Under the pieces are notes generated by a model. That model saw nothing but the letters and a program-made list of their open reading frames with translations, did no database searches and had not been told where the DNA came from. A program made the position numbers and the translations under genes. A stretch of DNA of 64,000 nucleotides from Candidatus Heimdallarchaeota archaeon (GTDB taxonomy: Archaea; Asgardarchaeota; Heimdallarchaeia; Heimdallarchaeales; Heimdallarchaeaceae), in the NCBI GenBank assembly GCA_016840095.1, contig JAEOSZ010000055.1:19471-83470 (forward strand), given 5' to 3'. Shown here piece by piece: positions 19,638 through 28,082 of the stretch; position 1 is the first letter of the stretch, and every line of letters starts with the position of its first letter.

Positions 19638-20681
19638 GTGTTGAGAAATCAAGAACAAAGGATTAGAATCGGAATTCCAAGAGCTTTGCTTTTCTATAAA
19701 TTTTCTGATTTATGGATAACCTACTTTGAAGAACTTGGAGCTGAAGTTATCATCTCCCCGGAAACAACAAAAAAAATAAAAGCTGAAGCATTAAGTCTTG
19801 CACCTGACGAGGATTGCTATTCAACAAAACTATACTTCGGTCATGCCATAGCATTAAAAGATAAGGTCGATTACTTATTTGTTCCTAGATTCGGTGGTCG
19901 TAAGAAGAACCTTGTTGGATGTCCAAAATTCATAGGCTTAGCAGAAGTCCTTAGATCAATGGTTCCTGAATTACCTGAGATATTAATGCCACATTATAAC
20001 AGAGGTATGGATAAAAATACCAGAATAGGCCTTTTGTATAAATCCTTTAAATTAGGGAAAATTATAACAAAGAATCCTTTTGTAAGAATAAGAGCTATTA
20101 GACGAGCTTTCAAAGCTCAGAAACTTCATGATAAATTAGTTGTTATAGATGAGGAAACTCTAAGCAAATGGGAAAAATCTGAAGTAATTTTGAATGATTT
20201 TCCAATTTACGCTGAAAATGAAAAACAATTGAAAATTGCTTTGGTTGGTCATTCTTACGTTTTGAATGATCCTTACTCATCATTAAACATTCGATCAATT
20301 CTTCAAGGTTATGGGGTAGATATAATTACTTCTGAACAAATGCCTAGAAAATTGATAGAGAAACAAATGGCTAAGCTAGAATATGATCTTTACTTTGATT
20401 TTGAAAGAGAAATACTAGGTACAATAATGCATTTTCTTGAAAGTAAAACTGTAGATGGAATTGTTCATCTTCTAATTTTTAGTTGCGGTCCAGATTCCAT
20501 AGCCGGAGAAATAGCTGCTAGATTTTCAAAAAGAGATTCTGCAATTCCTCTTTTACAACTTGTTTTTGATGAGTTGACAGCAGAAGCTGGAATGAGGACT
20601 AGAATAGAAGCATTTGTTGACATGTTACGAAGAAGTATTGATGATCAAGCGATTCTTCTAACGATGAAAGCACACATTTAG
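19638..20681 (+). CDS. Acyl-CoA dehydratase activase-related protein (DUF2229-like)
   Basis: IGIPRALLFY, C-x3-KLYFGH, GCPKFIGL, GHSY, FSCGPDS, DELTAEAGMRTRIEAFVD. Confidence 0.85.
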   Translation: MLRNQEQRIRIGIPRALLFYKFSDLWITYFEELGAEVIISPETTKKIKAEALSLAPDEDCYSTKLYFGHAIALKDKVDYLFVPRFGGRKKNLVGCPKFIGLAEVLRSMVPELPEILMPHYNRGMDKNTRIGLLYKSFKLGKIITKNPFVRIRAIRRAFKAQKLHDKLVVIDEETLSKWEKSEVILNDFPIYAENEKQLKIALVGHSYVLNDPYSSLNIRSILQGYGVDIITSEQMPRKLIEKQMAKLEYDLYFDFEREILGTIMHFLESKTVDGIVHLLIFSCGPDSIAGEIAARFSKRDSAIPLLQLVFDELTAEAGMRTRIEAFVDMLRRSIDDQAILLTMKAHI

Positions 20682-20695
20682 GAGGAGAAAAAGAA

Positions 20696-21787
20696 ATGCC
20701 ATTATCTTTCCCATATGTTGGAACCTTTACTTATGTGTTTGAATCAATTGCAAAAGGAATGAAAAGAGATGATGTTATAGTTCCTAATGAACCGACATAT
20801 AGAACAAAACAGCTTGGCTCTCAACATTCTTCAGAATTTGTTTGTACTCCCTTCAAAATGCTACTTGGTTCTATAATTGAAGTTATTGAACAAGGAGCTT
20901 ATGAGATTGTATCAACAGTCTTTGTTGATTATTGTAGACTTGGTTACTATTCACCTCTTTATCAAATTATTCTCGATGATTTAGGATATGAGTTTGATTT
21001 AATTGTACTTGATTGGTATAATAAAGTTGAATTCTTTACTAGTTTCAAAAAACTAGCAAGTAATGTCAATGCTGTTCAGGCTTTTCAAGCATTCAGAGTT
21101 GGATGGATTAAGAATAGATATATTGACCAAATAGATAAAACACTTTATACTTATGGAGCTGTTGAAATAGAAAAAGGAGTTGCATACAAAGTTGCTCATA
21201 AACTTTACAGACAAGTTGTTGAGACTGACGGAATGAAGAATATTCGAAAGCTACCTGAGATTATTAAAAAGACTTTTGCTGATGAAGTTGAAATTGATGA
21301 GGAACTTAGACCTTTGAAGGTAGGTGTTGTTGGTGAATTATACGCAGTTGTTGAACCTGCTATCAATCTTGATATAATGAGAAGATTAAACGATATAGGT
21401 GTTATCACTGAAACACCAATTACATTCACAAGATGGATTGATTTAGGTCAAAGAATGAATCCTTTCAAGAAATGGCATTATAAGGCTTGTATAAAGCATG
21501 CAAAACCTTATGTGAGATATCCCCTTGGAGGGAAAACCAGAGAATCTCTGGGAGCTGTTGTTGAGTACAAAGAAAAAGGATGGGATGGAGTTATTCACTT
21601 GTATCCTTTTACTTGTATGCCTGAGATAATCTCAAGAAGCATTTTACCACAAGTAAGCAAAGAACACGATATGCCTGTTCTATCTCTTGTTCTAGATGAA
21701 CATACAGGAGAAGCAGGTATTCAAACTAGACTAGAAGCATTTGTTGATCTTCTAGAACGTAAAAGGAATGATGTAAATGGTTTTTAG
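20696..21787 (+). CDS. 2-hydroxyacyl-CoA dehydratase (HGD-D-like) subunit
   Basis: EFVCTPFK, CRLGYY, VGVVGELY, PFTCMPE, DEHTGEAGIQTRLEAFVD; GGAGGAG SD upstream. Confidence 0.85.
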   Translation: MPLSFPYVGTFTYVFESIAKGMKRDDVIVPNEPTYRTKQLGSQHSSEFVCTPFKMLLGSIIEVIEQGAYEIVSTVFVDYCRLGYYSPLYQIILDDLGYEFDLIVLDWYNKVEFFTSFKKLASNVNAVQAFQAFRVGWIKNRYIDQIDKTLYTYGAVEIEKGVAYKVAHKLYRQVVETDGMKNIRKLPEIIKKTFADEVEIDEELRPLKVGVVGELYAVVEPAINLDIMRRLNDIGVITETPITFTRWIDLGQRMNPFKKWHYKACIKHAKPYVRYPLGGKTRESLGAVVEYKEKGWDGVIHLYPFTCMPEIISRSILPQVSKEHDMPVLSLVLDEHTGEAGIQTRLEAFVDLLERKRNDVNGF

Positions 21788-21805
21788 AAATAAGGAGTTG
21801 AATGA

Positions 21806-22780
21806 ATGACTATCAGTAAAGAGAAGTATTTTCTTGGTGTTGATGTAGGTTCAATAAGTACTAATTTAGCAGTAATAGACAATGAAAAAGAATTAAAAGA
21901 ATCTGTTTATATCCGAACAGAAGGTAAGCCAGTAAATTCTGTTCAAAAAGGAATTAAGTTAATGAGAGAAAAGCTTGGAGAAGATCTTGACATATCTGGT
22001 GCAGGATCAACTGGAAGTGCGAGAAGATTAACTGGAGTTTTAATTGGTGCTGATATTGTCAAAAACGAAATTACAGCTCATGCATTGGCTTCCCTGCACT
22101 ATAATCCTGAAGTTCAAACAGTAATTGAAATTGGAGGACAAGATAGTAAGATCATCATAATTCGTAATGGTATAGTTGTTGATTTTGCAATGAATACTGT
22201 TTGCGCTGCTGGAACTGGTTCTTTTCTTGATATGCAAGCAAGTAGACTAGAAATACCTATAGAAGATTTTGGGGACTTAGCTTTACAATCTGATAATGCT
22301 GTTTCCATTGCTGGAAGATGTACAGTTTTTGCAGAGAGTGATATGATCCATAAACAACAATTAGGACATCCAACTAAAGATATAATCAAAGGTCTTTGTG
22401 AAGCTTTAGGCAGAAATTATCTGAACAATGTTGGGAAAGGCAAAGATATTAGATCCCCGATAATGTTCCAGGGAGGAGTAGCTGCTAACATTGGTATGCG
22501 TGAAACCTTTGAAAAGTATCTAGAACAAGAGATTATAGTACCAGAACATTATGATGTAATGGGAGCTATTGGTTCTGCTATTCTTGCTCAAGAAGACCAT
22601 ATTAAACGTCCTAAGAAATCTAATTTCCAAAGTTGGGATATATCTGAAATGGATTTCAAAACTTCCGGTTTTGAATGTGATGGCTGTCCTAATATCTGTG
22701 AAATAGTTGAAATTAGACGCAATGATACTTTGATAGCTCGATGGGGTAGCAGATGTAGAAAGTGGGATTTGATCGATTAA
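21806..22780 (+). CDS. [4Fe-4S] CoA-substrate enzyme activase (BadF/BadG/BcrA/BcrD ATPase, HgdC-like)
   Basis: GVDVGSISTN, EITAH, EIGGQDSK, MNTVCAAGTGSFL, RCTVFAESD, GGVAAN, C-terminal CDGCPNIC. Confidence 0.93.
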   Translation: MTISKEKYFLGVDVGSISTNLAVIDNEKELKESVYIRTEGKPVNSVQKGIKLMREKLGEDLDISGAGSTGSARRLTGVLIGADIVKNEITAHALASLHYNPEVQTVIEIGGQDSKIIIIRNGIVVDFAMNTVCAAGTGSFLDMQASRLEIPIEDFGDLALQSDNAVSIAGRCTVFAESDMIHKQQLGHPTKDIIKGLCEALGRNYLNNVGKGKDIRSPIMFQGGVAANIGMRETFEKYLEQEIIVPEHYDVMGAIGSAILAQEDHIKRPKKSNFQSWDISEMDFKTSGFECDGCPNICEIVEIRRNDTLIARWGSRCRKWDLID

Positions 22781-22818
22781 TCACTTTCAACTTTCTATGA
22801 TTTACTCCATTAATCCTT

Positions 22819-23052
22819 TCATATTTTAAGTATTGAATAATGTCTTAATCCTTTAAGATATCCAGTTTTGGAAGATCCATTAAATAATTCATCAATATTA
22901 TCTCTCTTCTCTGAATCACAACTTGGACACCAAGCATTACAGTAATAACCTAAATTCATGGTTGTTTCTAAATTTGAAAATTCAGAATTAAATGGAAAAT
23001 CACATTCCCATTCTTCATAGCAGCTAGGGCATTCATGTTTGCATTTCATCAT
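22819..23052 (-). CDS. Cys-rich microprotein, paralog A
   Basis: C-x-H-x-C-x2-C-x5-C-x20-C-x3-C-x2-C, identical spacing to paralog B. Confidence 0.8.
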   Translation of the reverse strand: MMKCKHECPSCYEEWECDFPFNSEFSNLETTMNLGYYCNAWCPSCDSEKRDNIDELFNGSSKTGYLKGLRHYSILKI

Positions 23053-23467
23053 TTTATTAACTTCCTTCTAATGTTTGAATTTACTTCAGGTGTAGAATAT
23101 GCCGTAAATTTTTGTGTGTAGTATTCGATATGTTTAGATTTTCAAGACTTTACAAACCACTCTAAGTTTTTAAGAGTTTAATCTCTGAAGTTTTTAAGTA
23201 GCTTCAGCAAAATCTTGCAAAACAAATCACATTATTTGTTATTTGTTATTAAATCTAACATTCGAATTGATTTCAATTCTACATATGCATAATTATTTAA
23301 ATATCTTTTCATTGAAAAGAATTAATGTTTATATATGTTTTATAAATGAATTTAATATCTATTCGAGAATTAGCAAATTTTATAGAAAACAAGCAAATAT
23401 AAACTGGTGTAAATATAAAACTTCTCTTAGAACAGGTTCGCACTGGATTGATTCATGAATTGCTGGT

Positions 23468-23677
23468 TTATTTCTTTTTTACATATCCTGTAACTTGGAG
23501 TTTATCAAAAATGTCCTCTGTATCTTGACGTTCTTCAGAATCGCATTTAGGACAAAATGAGTTACAATAATAACCTAGCTCCACAACTTCTTCATAGTGC
23601 TGATGTTCAGAGTAAGTCGGGAAATTACATCCCCATTTTTCTCCACATTTATCGCATTCATGCTTACACTCTGACAT
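23468..23677 (-). CDS. Cys-rich microprotein, paralog B
   Basis: Same 7-Cys/1-His pattern plus shared W, FP, SE, LGYYCN, CDSE, TGY. Start ATG 23677 chosen by alignment to paralog A (ORF track gives 23692). Confidence 0.8.
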   Translation of the reverse strand: MSECKHECDKCGEKWGCNFPTYSEHQHYEEVVELGYYCNSFCPKCDSEERQDTEDIFDKLQVTGYVKKK

Positions 23678-23851
23678 AATCACTACTTCCATTCAATAGT
23701 GTTAATTCTCTAATCGAAACGCAAAAAAAATTAATCTACTTTATTATACATTTGAATCCTAATATAGTTATCTCTCAAGTAGAACGAGAAGTAAAATTTG
23801 TGTATTTGCCTTCTTCATTAGGAAAAAAGTGAAAGCATGATTATAAATTGA

Positions 23852-24274
23852 TTATAAAATCATTCCAAATCTCAATAAAAATGCCTTGATCAGTAATCCA
23901 AGAAGAATTGATAAAGTTAAATTGACTATAGTACCTACTAAATAATATCCTGGTTTCTTTTCTATATCCTCTCTCCTGACTAAACCTTTGATACCTATAA
24001 TTACAACAAGTGCAGTTACTTGGTTGAGTAGCATAAAGGTGAGAATCAGAATATTTTCACATCGTCCAACTATGAAACCAATTTTGCTTCTTTTACGTTT
24101 CTTTGCGGGAGTTTCTTCTTCTTCTTCTTCTTCTTCGTCTTTTTTCTCAGGTTTTGGACTTGATTTATCTACATACCAAATAGTTAGTTGAACAAGATAA
24201 TTAGTTATAATCATAGTCAAAAGAAAGCCTATCAAGATAATTAAAGCATCTACCCAATAATCGATTAGTGCCAT
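23852..24274 (-). CDS. Small membrane protein (DUF3307/SatE C-terminal-like)
   Basis: IGFIVGRCENILI, IGIKGLVR, YYLVGTIVNL match the G-x-x-IG-x-x-ER / K-x-x-x-R / Y-x-L-x-GTL pattern; 21 nt downstream of the SatD gene. Confidence 0.7.
   Translation of the reverse strand: MALIDYWVDALIILIGFLLTMIITNYLVQLTIWYVDKSSPKPEKKDEEEEEEEETPAKKRKRSKIGFIVGRCENILILTFMLLNQVTALVVIIGIKGLVRREDIEKKPGYYLVGTIVNLTLSILLGLLIKAFLLRFGMIL
24113..24136. repeat. (TTC)8 microsatellite encoding poly-Glu
   Basis: Eight perfect TTC units give E8 on the minus strand, followed by PAKKRKR. Confidence 0.9.
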
Positions 24275-24295
24275 ACAAGATTATTATCTAAAGGT

Positions 24296-24940
24296 CTATA
24301 AAAAATCTACTAGTACTTTTTCAGCTTCTCGGATAATTTTGTGTTTAGATCTTCTTAATCCATCTGAAACTGATTGTTGAGTTGTTTTAAGCTCATCTGC
24401 GACCTTTTCTTGGTTGTTATGAGTTTCATATAATCTAATAATCTCTTTTTCTGTCTCAGTCCACTGATATTTGAGTTCTGTAATTAAATCCGCCATACTA
24501 CTTGCCATGGGGTTCTTCTCTCTATTCTTTAAGGAGAATCTAATGAATCTCTTAGACTTCTTTAAATCTTGAAGTGTCTGAGAAGCATTCCAGAATACTT
24601 CACCATCTTTCTCATTCAACTTATCGGTTTTTCTTTGAGAATCAATCTCTCCCTCAGAGATAACTAACCTTATTTTGATAGGAGAGAGATATTCGAACAT
24701 CTTTGAAGCTATCTTATATGCGATCTTTACAGGGTCCTCATCTCCCTTTTTTCTTGGATTCTTAACCATAGCAGTTATTTCATCCCCCTTGAAGATTTCA
24801 ATATCATATTCAAGATATTGCTTAAACTCCTCATTCACATCCTTTATTACATTATCCAACTTATTCCAAAAATCACCTTTGTTAGGTATTTTTTTTGAAC
24901 CTATGATATCTCCTCTAATTATCACAGCTGTTTCGTTCAT
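24296..24940 (-). CDS. satD: SatD family protein (nucleotidyl-cyclase-like palm domain + C-terminal HTH)
   Basis: GDIIGSKK, FKGDEI, IRLVISEGEI, DGEVFWNA, WTETE, NQEKVADELKTTQQSVSDGLRR. Confidence 0.85.
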   Translation of the reverse strand: MNETAVIIRGDIIGSKKIPNKGDFWNKLDNVIKDVNEEFKQYLEYDIEIFKGDEITAMVKNPRKKGDEDPVKIAYKIASKMFEYLSPIKIRLVISEGEIDSQRKTDKLNEKDGEVFWNASQTLQDLKKSKRFIRFSLKNREKNPMASSMADLITELKYQWTETEKEIIRLYETHNNQEKVADELKTTQQSVSDGLRRSKHKIIREAEKVLVDFL

Positions 24941-24969
24941 AATGAACGTTAAGTATGAAAAATTATAAA

Positions 24970-25017
24970 AACATATCTATTAATTTGTAATTTAAAATAC
25001 AAACCATTTGATATGTT
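24970..25017. promoter_or_regulatory. 48-bp imperfect palindrome adjoining the satD TATA box (candidate operator)
   Basis: AACATATC-TATTAA-TTTGTA-ATTTAAAA-TACAAA-CCATTT-GATATGTT; 19 of 24 positions per half are self-complementary. Minus-strand TTTATAAT lies immediately downstream. Confidence 0.65.
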
Positions 25018-25073
25018 ATCTTGTTTCAGTAGTTTTAAAGAGCTGTATGTGAGATGAGAATTGGGAAAGTTCC

Positions 25074-25448
25074 ATGTTTGGTAAAAGAAAGAGAGCTATT
25101 CTAGAGAAGATGAAGTATAGAAATATCATTTTAGGTCCTACTCCTGCTAACAATTTTGGTCAAGAATCCAAAGGTCGAGGTCAAGTAAGAGGACTTGGTT
25201 TATTATATTTGACCGATGAAGAGATTTTTTTTGGAATGTATGTACCAAAAAAAGATTTTCACATACTATTAGATCACATTCATGGGATTAGTACACCAAA
25301 ATGGCATCTAGGAAAAACAAAGAATAAACCTTTGTTAAAAATTGAGTTTACTAATAATGTAGGCGAAGTTGATTCTATCGCCTGGCAAGTTAAAGATCTA
25401 GATTTGTGGAAAAATTCGCTTGAAGACAGCTTGAAAAAACTCTCCTAG
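25074..25448 (+). CDS. Small PH/GRAM-like fold protein (hypothetical)
   Basis: GLGLLYLTDEEIFF..FHILLDHIHGIS..LLKIEF..WQVKDLDLWKNSL: beta-sandwich plus terminal helix with Trp. Confidence 0.55.
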   Translation: MFGKRKRAILEKMKYRNIILGPTPANNFGQESKGRGQVRGLGLLYLTDEEIFFGMYVPKKDFHILLDHIHGISTPKWHLGKTKNKPLLKIEFTNNVGEVDSIAWQVKDLDLWKNSLEDSLKKLS

Positions 25449-25534
25449 GAGATATATTTTTCCTTCAATACTAGGGATAACTATAAGAATGTAATCTTCA
25501 CTTGTCATTGTTAGAACATATTATTGTGAAATCT

Positions 25535-27193
25535 ATGGATGAGGAACGAAGTGTCGAAGATCTTGAAGATGAAGAATATGAAGATCTTGACAAAATGGAT
25601 GAATTCAGTTTAGAAATGGAAGTCATGTCTGATCTTGAAGGATTAGAGGAACTCCCTGATGATCAGAATGCAGGTCTTGCTGAATCCGATGTTATCATCA
25701 CTTATGGTGACAAAATTATTGATGAGACCAAAGAATTAGAGAAAAAATTTGAAGCTCTGCTAGCAAAAGTTCGCGAAGGAAACATTTCTGATGCACTTAA
25801 TGAAGCAGCTAATTTACTTAATGAAGGAAGGCGTTTAGATGCCCATTACATTACTTCTAAGATCGCTTCTCTCATTGCTTCTCTTCTTACCTCTCAATCA
25901 AAGCATAAAGATGCAACTGAGTATTTTCTTCTATCTGTGAGTGAGGCTAGAAAATCAGAAGATAAAAAGCTACACTTGTTAAGTCTTTCTAGATTTGGTG
26001 ACAATCTAATTCATTTTGATTTTAAAGATGCAGCTGTTGTCTTCAACCAAGCTAGAGAATTAGCCGAAGAGCTTGGAGAGGATGAATATTATGCAGAAAA
26101 TTCCTATTCACTAGCCAACTGTATGTTTAAATCTGAGATTGATAATGCTTACAATCTCTATACAGAAAGTTTAGCTTACTTTGAAAAAACAGATGATAAA
26201 AAGTCTCAAGGTTTGATCAAATATAGAATAGGTTTGATCAACTATATCAAAGAAGATTATCAAACTGCATTTCAGAATCTATCAGATGCAAGAAAATTAT
26301 TACAAGAGTTTTCTGATTTACCTGAGATTAAAGAAATTGAAAAAGCAATAAAACAGGTTCTAGTAATACTTAAACAAGGACTTGCAACTACTTACTTCCT
26401 TAATCTACCTAAAATTGAACCTCTTGTTGATACACCAGGAACTAAGAAGATTTTCGAGATATATACTTCTACAGGAATAACTGATATAGTTCGACGGATA
26501 AAGAAAGATCAACTCAAATATGTTACTAAAGATTTAGTGGAAGTTGATGTAGCCAAATCACTTCTTGATATTGAGAAACTTTCTATGTTAAATGAATTTG
26601 AACTCTTAGAAAACTCAAAGCATTATGAATCTATAGGTGATTATTACCAGAAGGAATTGAATTATGGAAATGCTTTCTATAACTATCTAGGTTCTCAAAT
26701 TCTTGCACTACAAGGAAAGAACGACAAGAGATATGAAAAACTTGAAAAGAAACTTGAAAAGTATATCCAGTTTCTAACACAGCAAGAGGAGGATGCATCC
26801 TTTTATTATAATGTGCAAATTTATATGCATTATCAGTTAGCAATAGGAGCAATTCCTAATAATGTAAAAGCTGCTCAAAAACAAGCAAGTAGAGGAATCG
26901 AGCTCGCATCTAAAAGAAACAATCCATATTTTGAAGGCTTAATTAAAGAAATTACAGCTGATATTAAAGCAATGAATGATACTAATAAGGCTCTTACTGA
27001 TTATCAGGCTATCATTTCAATTTTTGAAGAATTAAACAATCAGTTTGATTCTATGCGTATTTATGAGAAAATAGGAAATATCTTAATTGCAACTCAAACA
27101 GATAAAGGAAAAGAATATTTCACTAAAGCTATTGAAATAGCTAAAGAACTTGAGGATCAAGAGATGATTCAGAATCTTGAATCAAAACTTTAG
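25535..27193 (+). CDS. TPR/alpha-solenoid protein with acidic N-terminus
   Basis: Repeated helical pairs (A..YF..A..LA.ELG/D); D/E-rich first ~50 aa. ATG 25535 preferred over TTG 25502. Confidence 0.75.
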   Translation: MDEERSVEDLEDEEYEDLDKMDEFSLEMEVMSDLEGLEELPDDQNAGLAESDVIITYGDKIIDETKELEKKFEALLAKVREGNISDALNEAANLLNEGRRLDAHYITSKIASLIASLLTSQSKHKDATEYFLLSVSEARKSEDKKLHLLSLSRFGDNLIHFDFKDAAVVFNQARELAEELGEDEYYAENSYSLANCMFKSEIDNAYNLYTESLAYFEKTDDKKSQGLIKYRIGLINYIKEDYQTAFQNLSDARKLLQEFSDLPEIKEIEKAIKQVLVILKQGLATTYFLNLPKIEPLVDTPGTKKIFEIYTSTGITDIVRRIKKDQLKYVTKDLVEVDVAKSLLDIEKLSMLNEFELLENSKHYESIGDYYQKELNYGNAFYNYLGSQILALQGKNDKRYEKLEKKLEKYIQFLTQQEEDASFYYNVQIYMHYQLAIGAIPNNVKAAQKQASRGIELASKRNNPYFEGLIKEITADIKAMNDTNKALTDYQAIISIFEELNNQFDSMRIYEKIGNILIATQTDKGKEYFTKAIEIAKELEDQEMIQNLESKL

Positions 27194-27291
27194 ATAACCT
27201 CAATTTCGTGTTTTTTTCTCTAAAAACAAAAAGGACGAATAGGCAAAGTTTAAAAAAACCTATGCAGTAGGTATTTCATCCGTTAAAAACA

Positions 27292-27966
27292 ATGGTGAAA
27301 TATTTGAAGAAAGTACTAAAACTAAGCTTAGTTGTTTTAATGATGTCTGCATTTTTGGCTTCCACCATTTCTGCCCAAGATTCAGATCTACTTTATTATT
27401 CAGATAAAATGATTAAAAATGGTACTTTTACATGGAATGTTACTAGTTCTGTAGATTACTACGAAGATATTCCAGAAGGTGCTAATTTTACTGTCAAACT
27501 GAAAGATGATTTATATCCAGGACCCTTATCTGAAGAAGAATTGCAAAAAGTATACGCTAGTGTCAAAGTTGATGGTAATAAGTACACTGGAGAAGGATTT
27601 CCTCTCTTCTGGCATATTGAAAGAAACAATGGAACTCACACAATTTCTATCAGAGAAGAGTTTGAAGATAATCCAACCTTGTTTAATGTTACAGATGGAA
27701 CAGGATCTTGGTTCTATGTTAATTTTACAGTTGAAGAAGGAGATTATACTCTATTTGTAGAATTTGAAATAGATCCAGCAGATGGAATAACCAAAAAGTA
27801 CTACGAACATTTCGTTAGTGTTGAAGTAGGAAATGAAATTGATAGTGAAATAGAATTAGAATTTCTAGGTTATATAGTTGAAACTCCTATTCAATTCAGT
27901 TGGATTATAGTAGGTTTGTTATCTATTGGTGTAATAGCATTCATTCGTAAAAGAAGACAAAAGTAA
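27292..27966 (+). CDS. Secreted/surface protein with C-terminal sorting-type anchor
   Basis: Signal peptide ending ISA-Q; NxT sequons; tail ETPIQFSWIIVGLLSIGVIAFIRKRRQK. Confidence 0.8.
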   Translation: MVKYLKKVLKLSLVVLMMSAFLASTISAQDSDLLYYSDKMIKNGTFTWNVTSSVDYYEDIPEGANFTVKLKDDLYPGPLSEEELQKVYASVKVDGNKYTGEGFPLFWHIERNNGTHTISIREEFEDNPTLFNVTDGTGSWFYVNFTVEEGDYTLFVEFEIDPADGITKKYYEHFVSVEVGNEIDSEIELEFLGYIVETPIQFSWIIVGLLSIGVIAFIRKRRQK

Positions 27967-27971
27967 ATTAG

Positions 27972-28008
27972 ACTAGGTTCTTCTTTTAACTAGTTTTTTT
28001 TCGTTTTT
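27972..28008 (+). terminator. Short hairpin plus oligo-T terminator
   Basis: ACTAG...CTAGT followed by a T-rich tract after stop 27966. Confidence 0.45.
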
Positions 28009-28082
28009 CAAAATATTTATACTTTTAAGATTGTAATATATAAAAGAAGGTTTATAACAAACTCCTAAAAATCATAATTGGT

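Noticed and set aside
23243-23458. 71-aa plus-strand ORF
   Set aside because: TTG start, extremely AT-rich, I/N/F/Y-biased; probably non-coding spacer.
22819-23692. Cys-rich ORFs as radical SAM enzymes or RiPP precursors
   Set aside because: Far too short for a radical SAM barrel, lacking the aromatic residue before the third Cys, and with no adjacent maturase; TldD/PmbA lie about 14 kb away.
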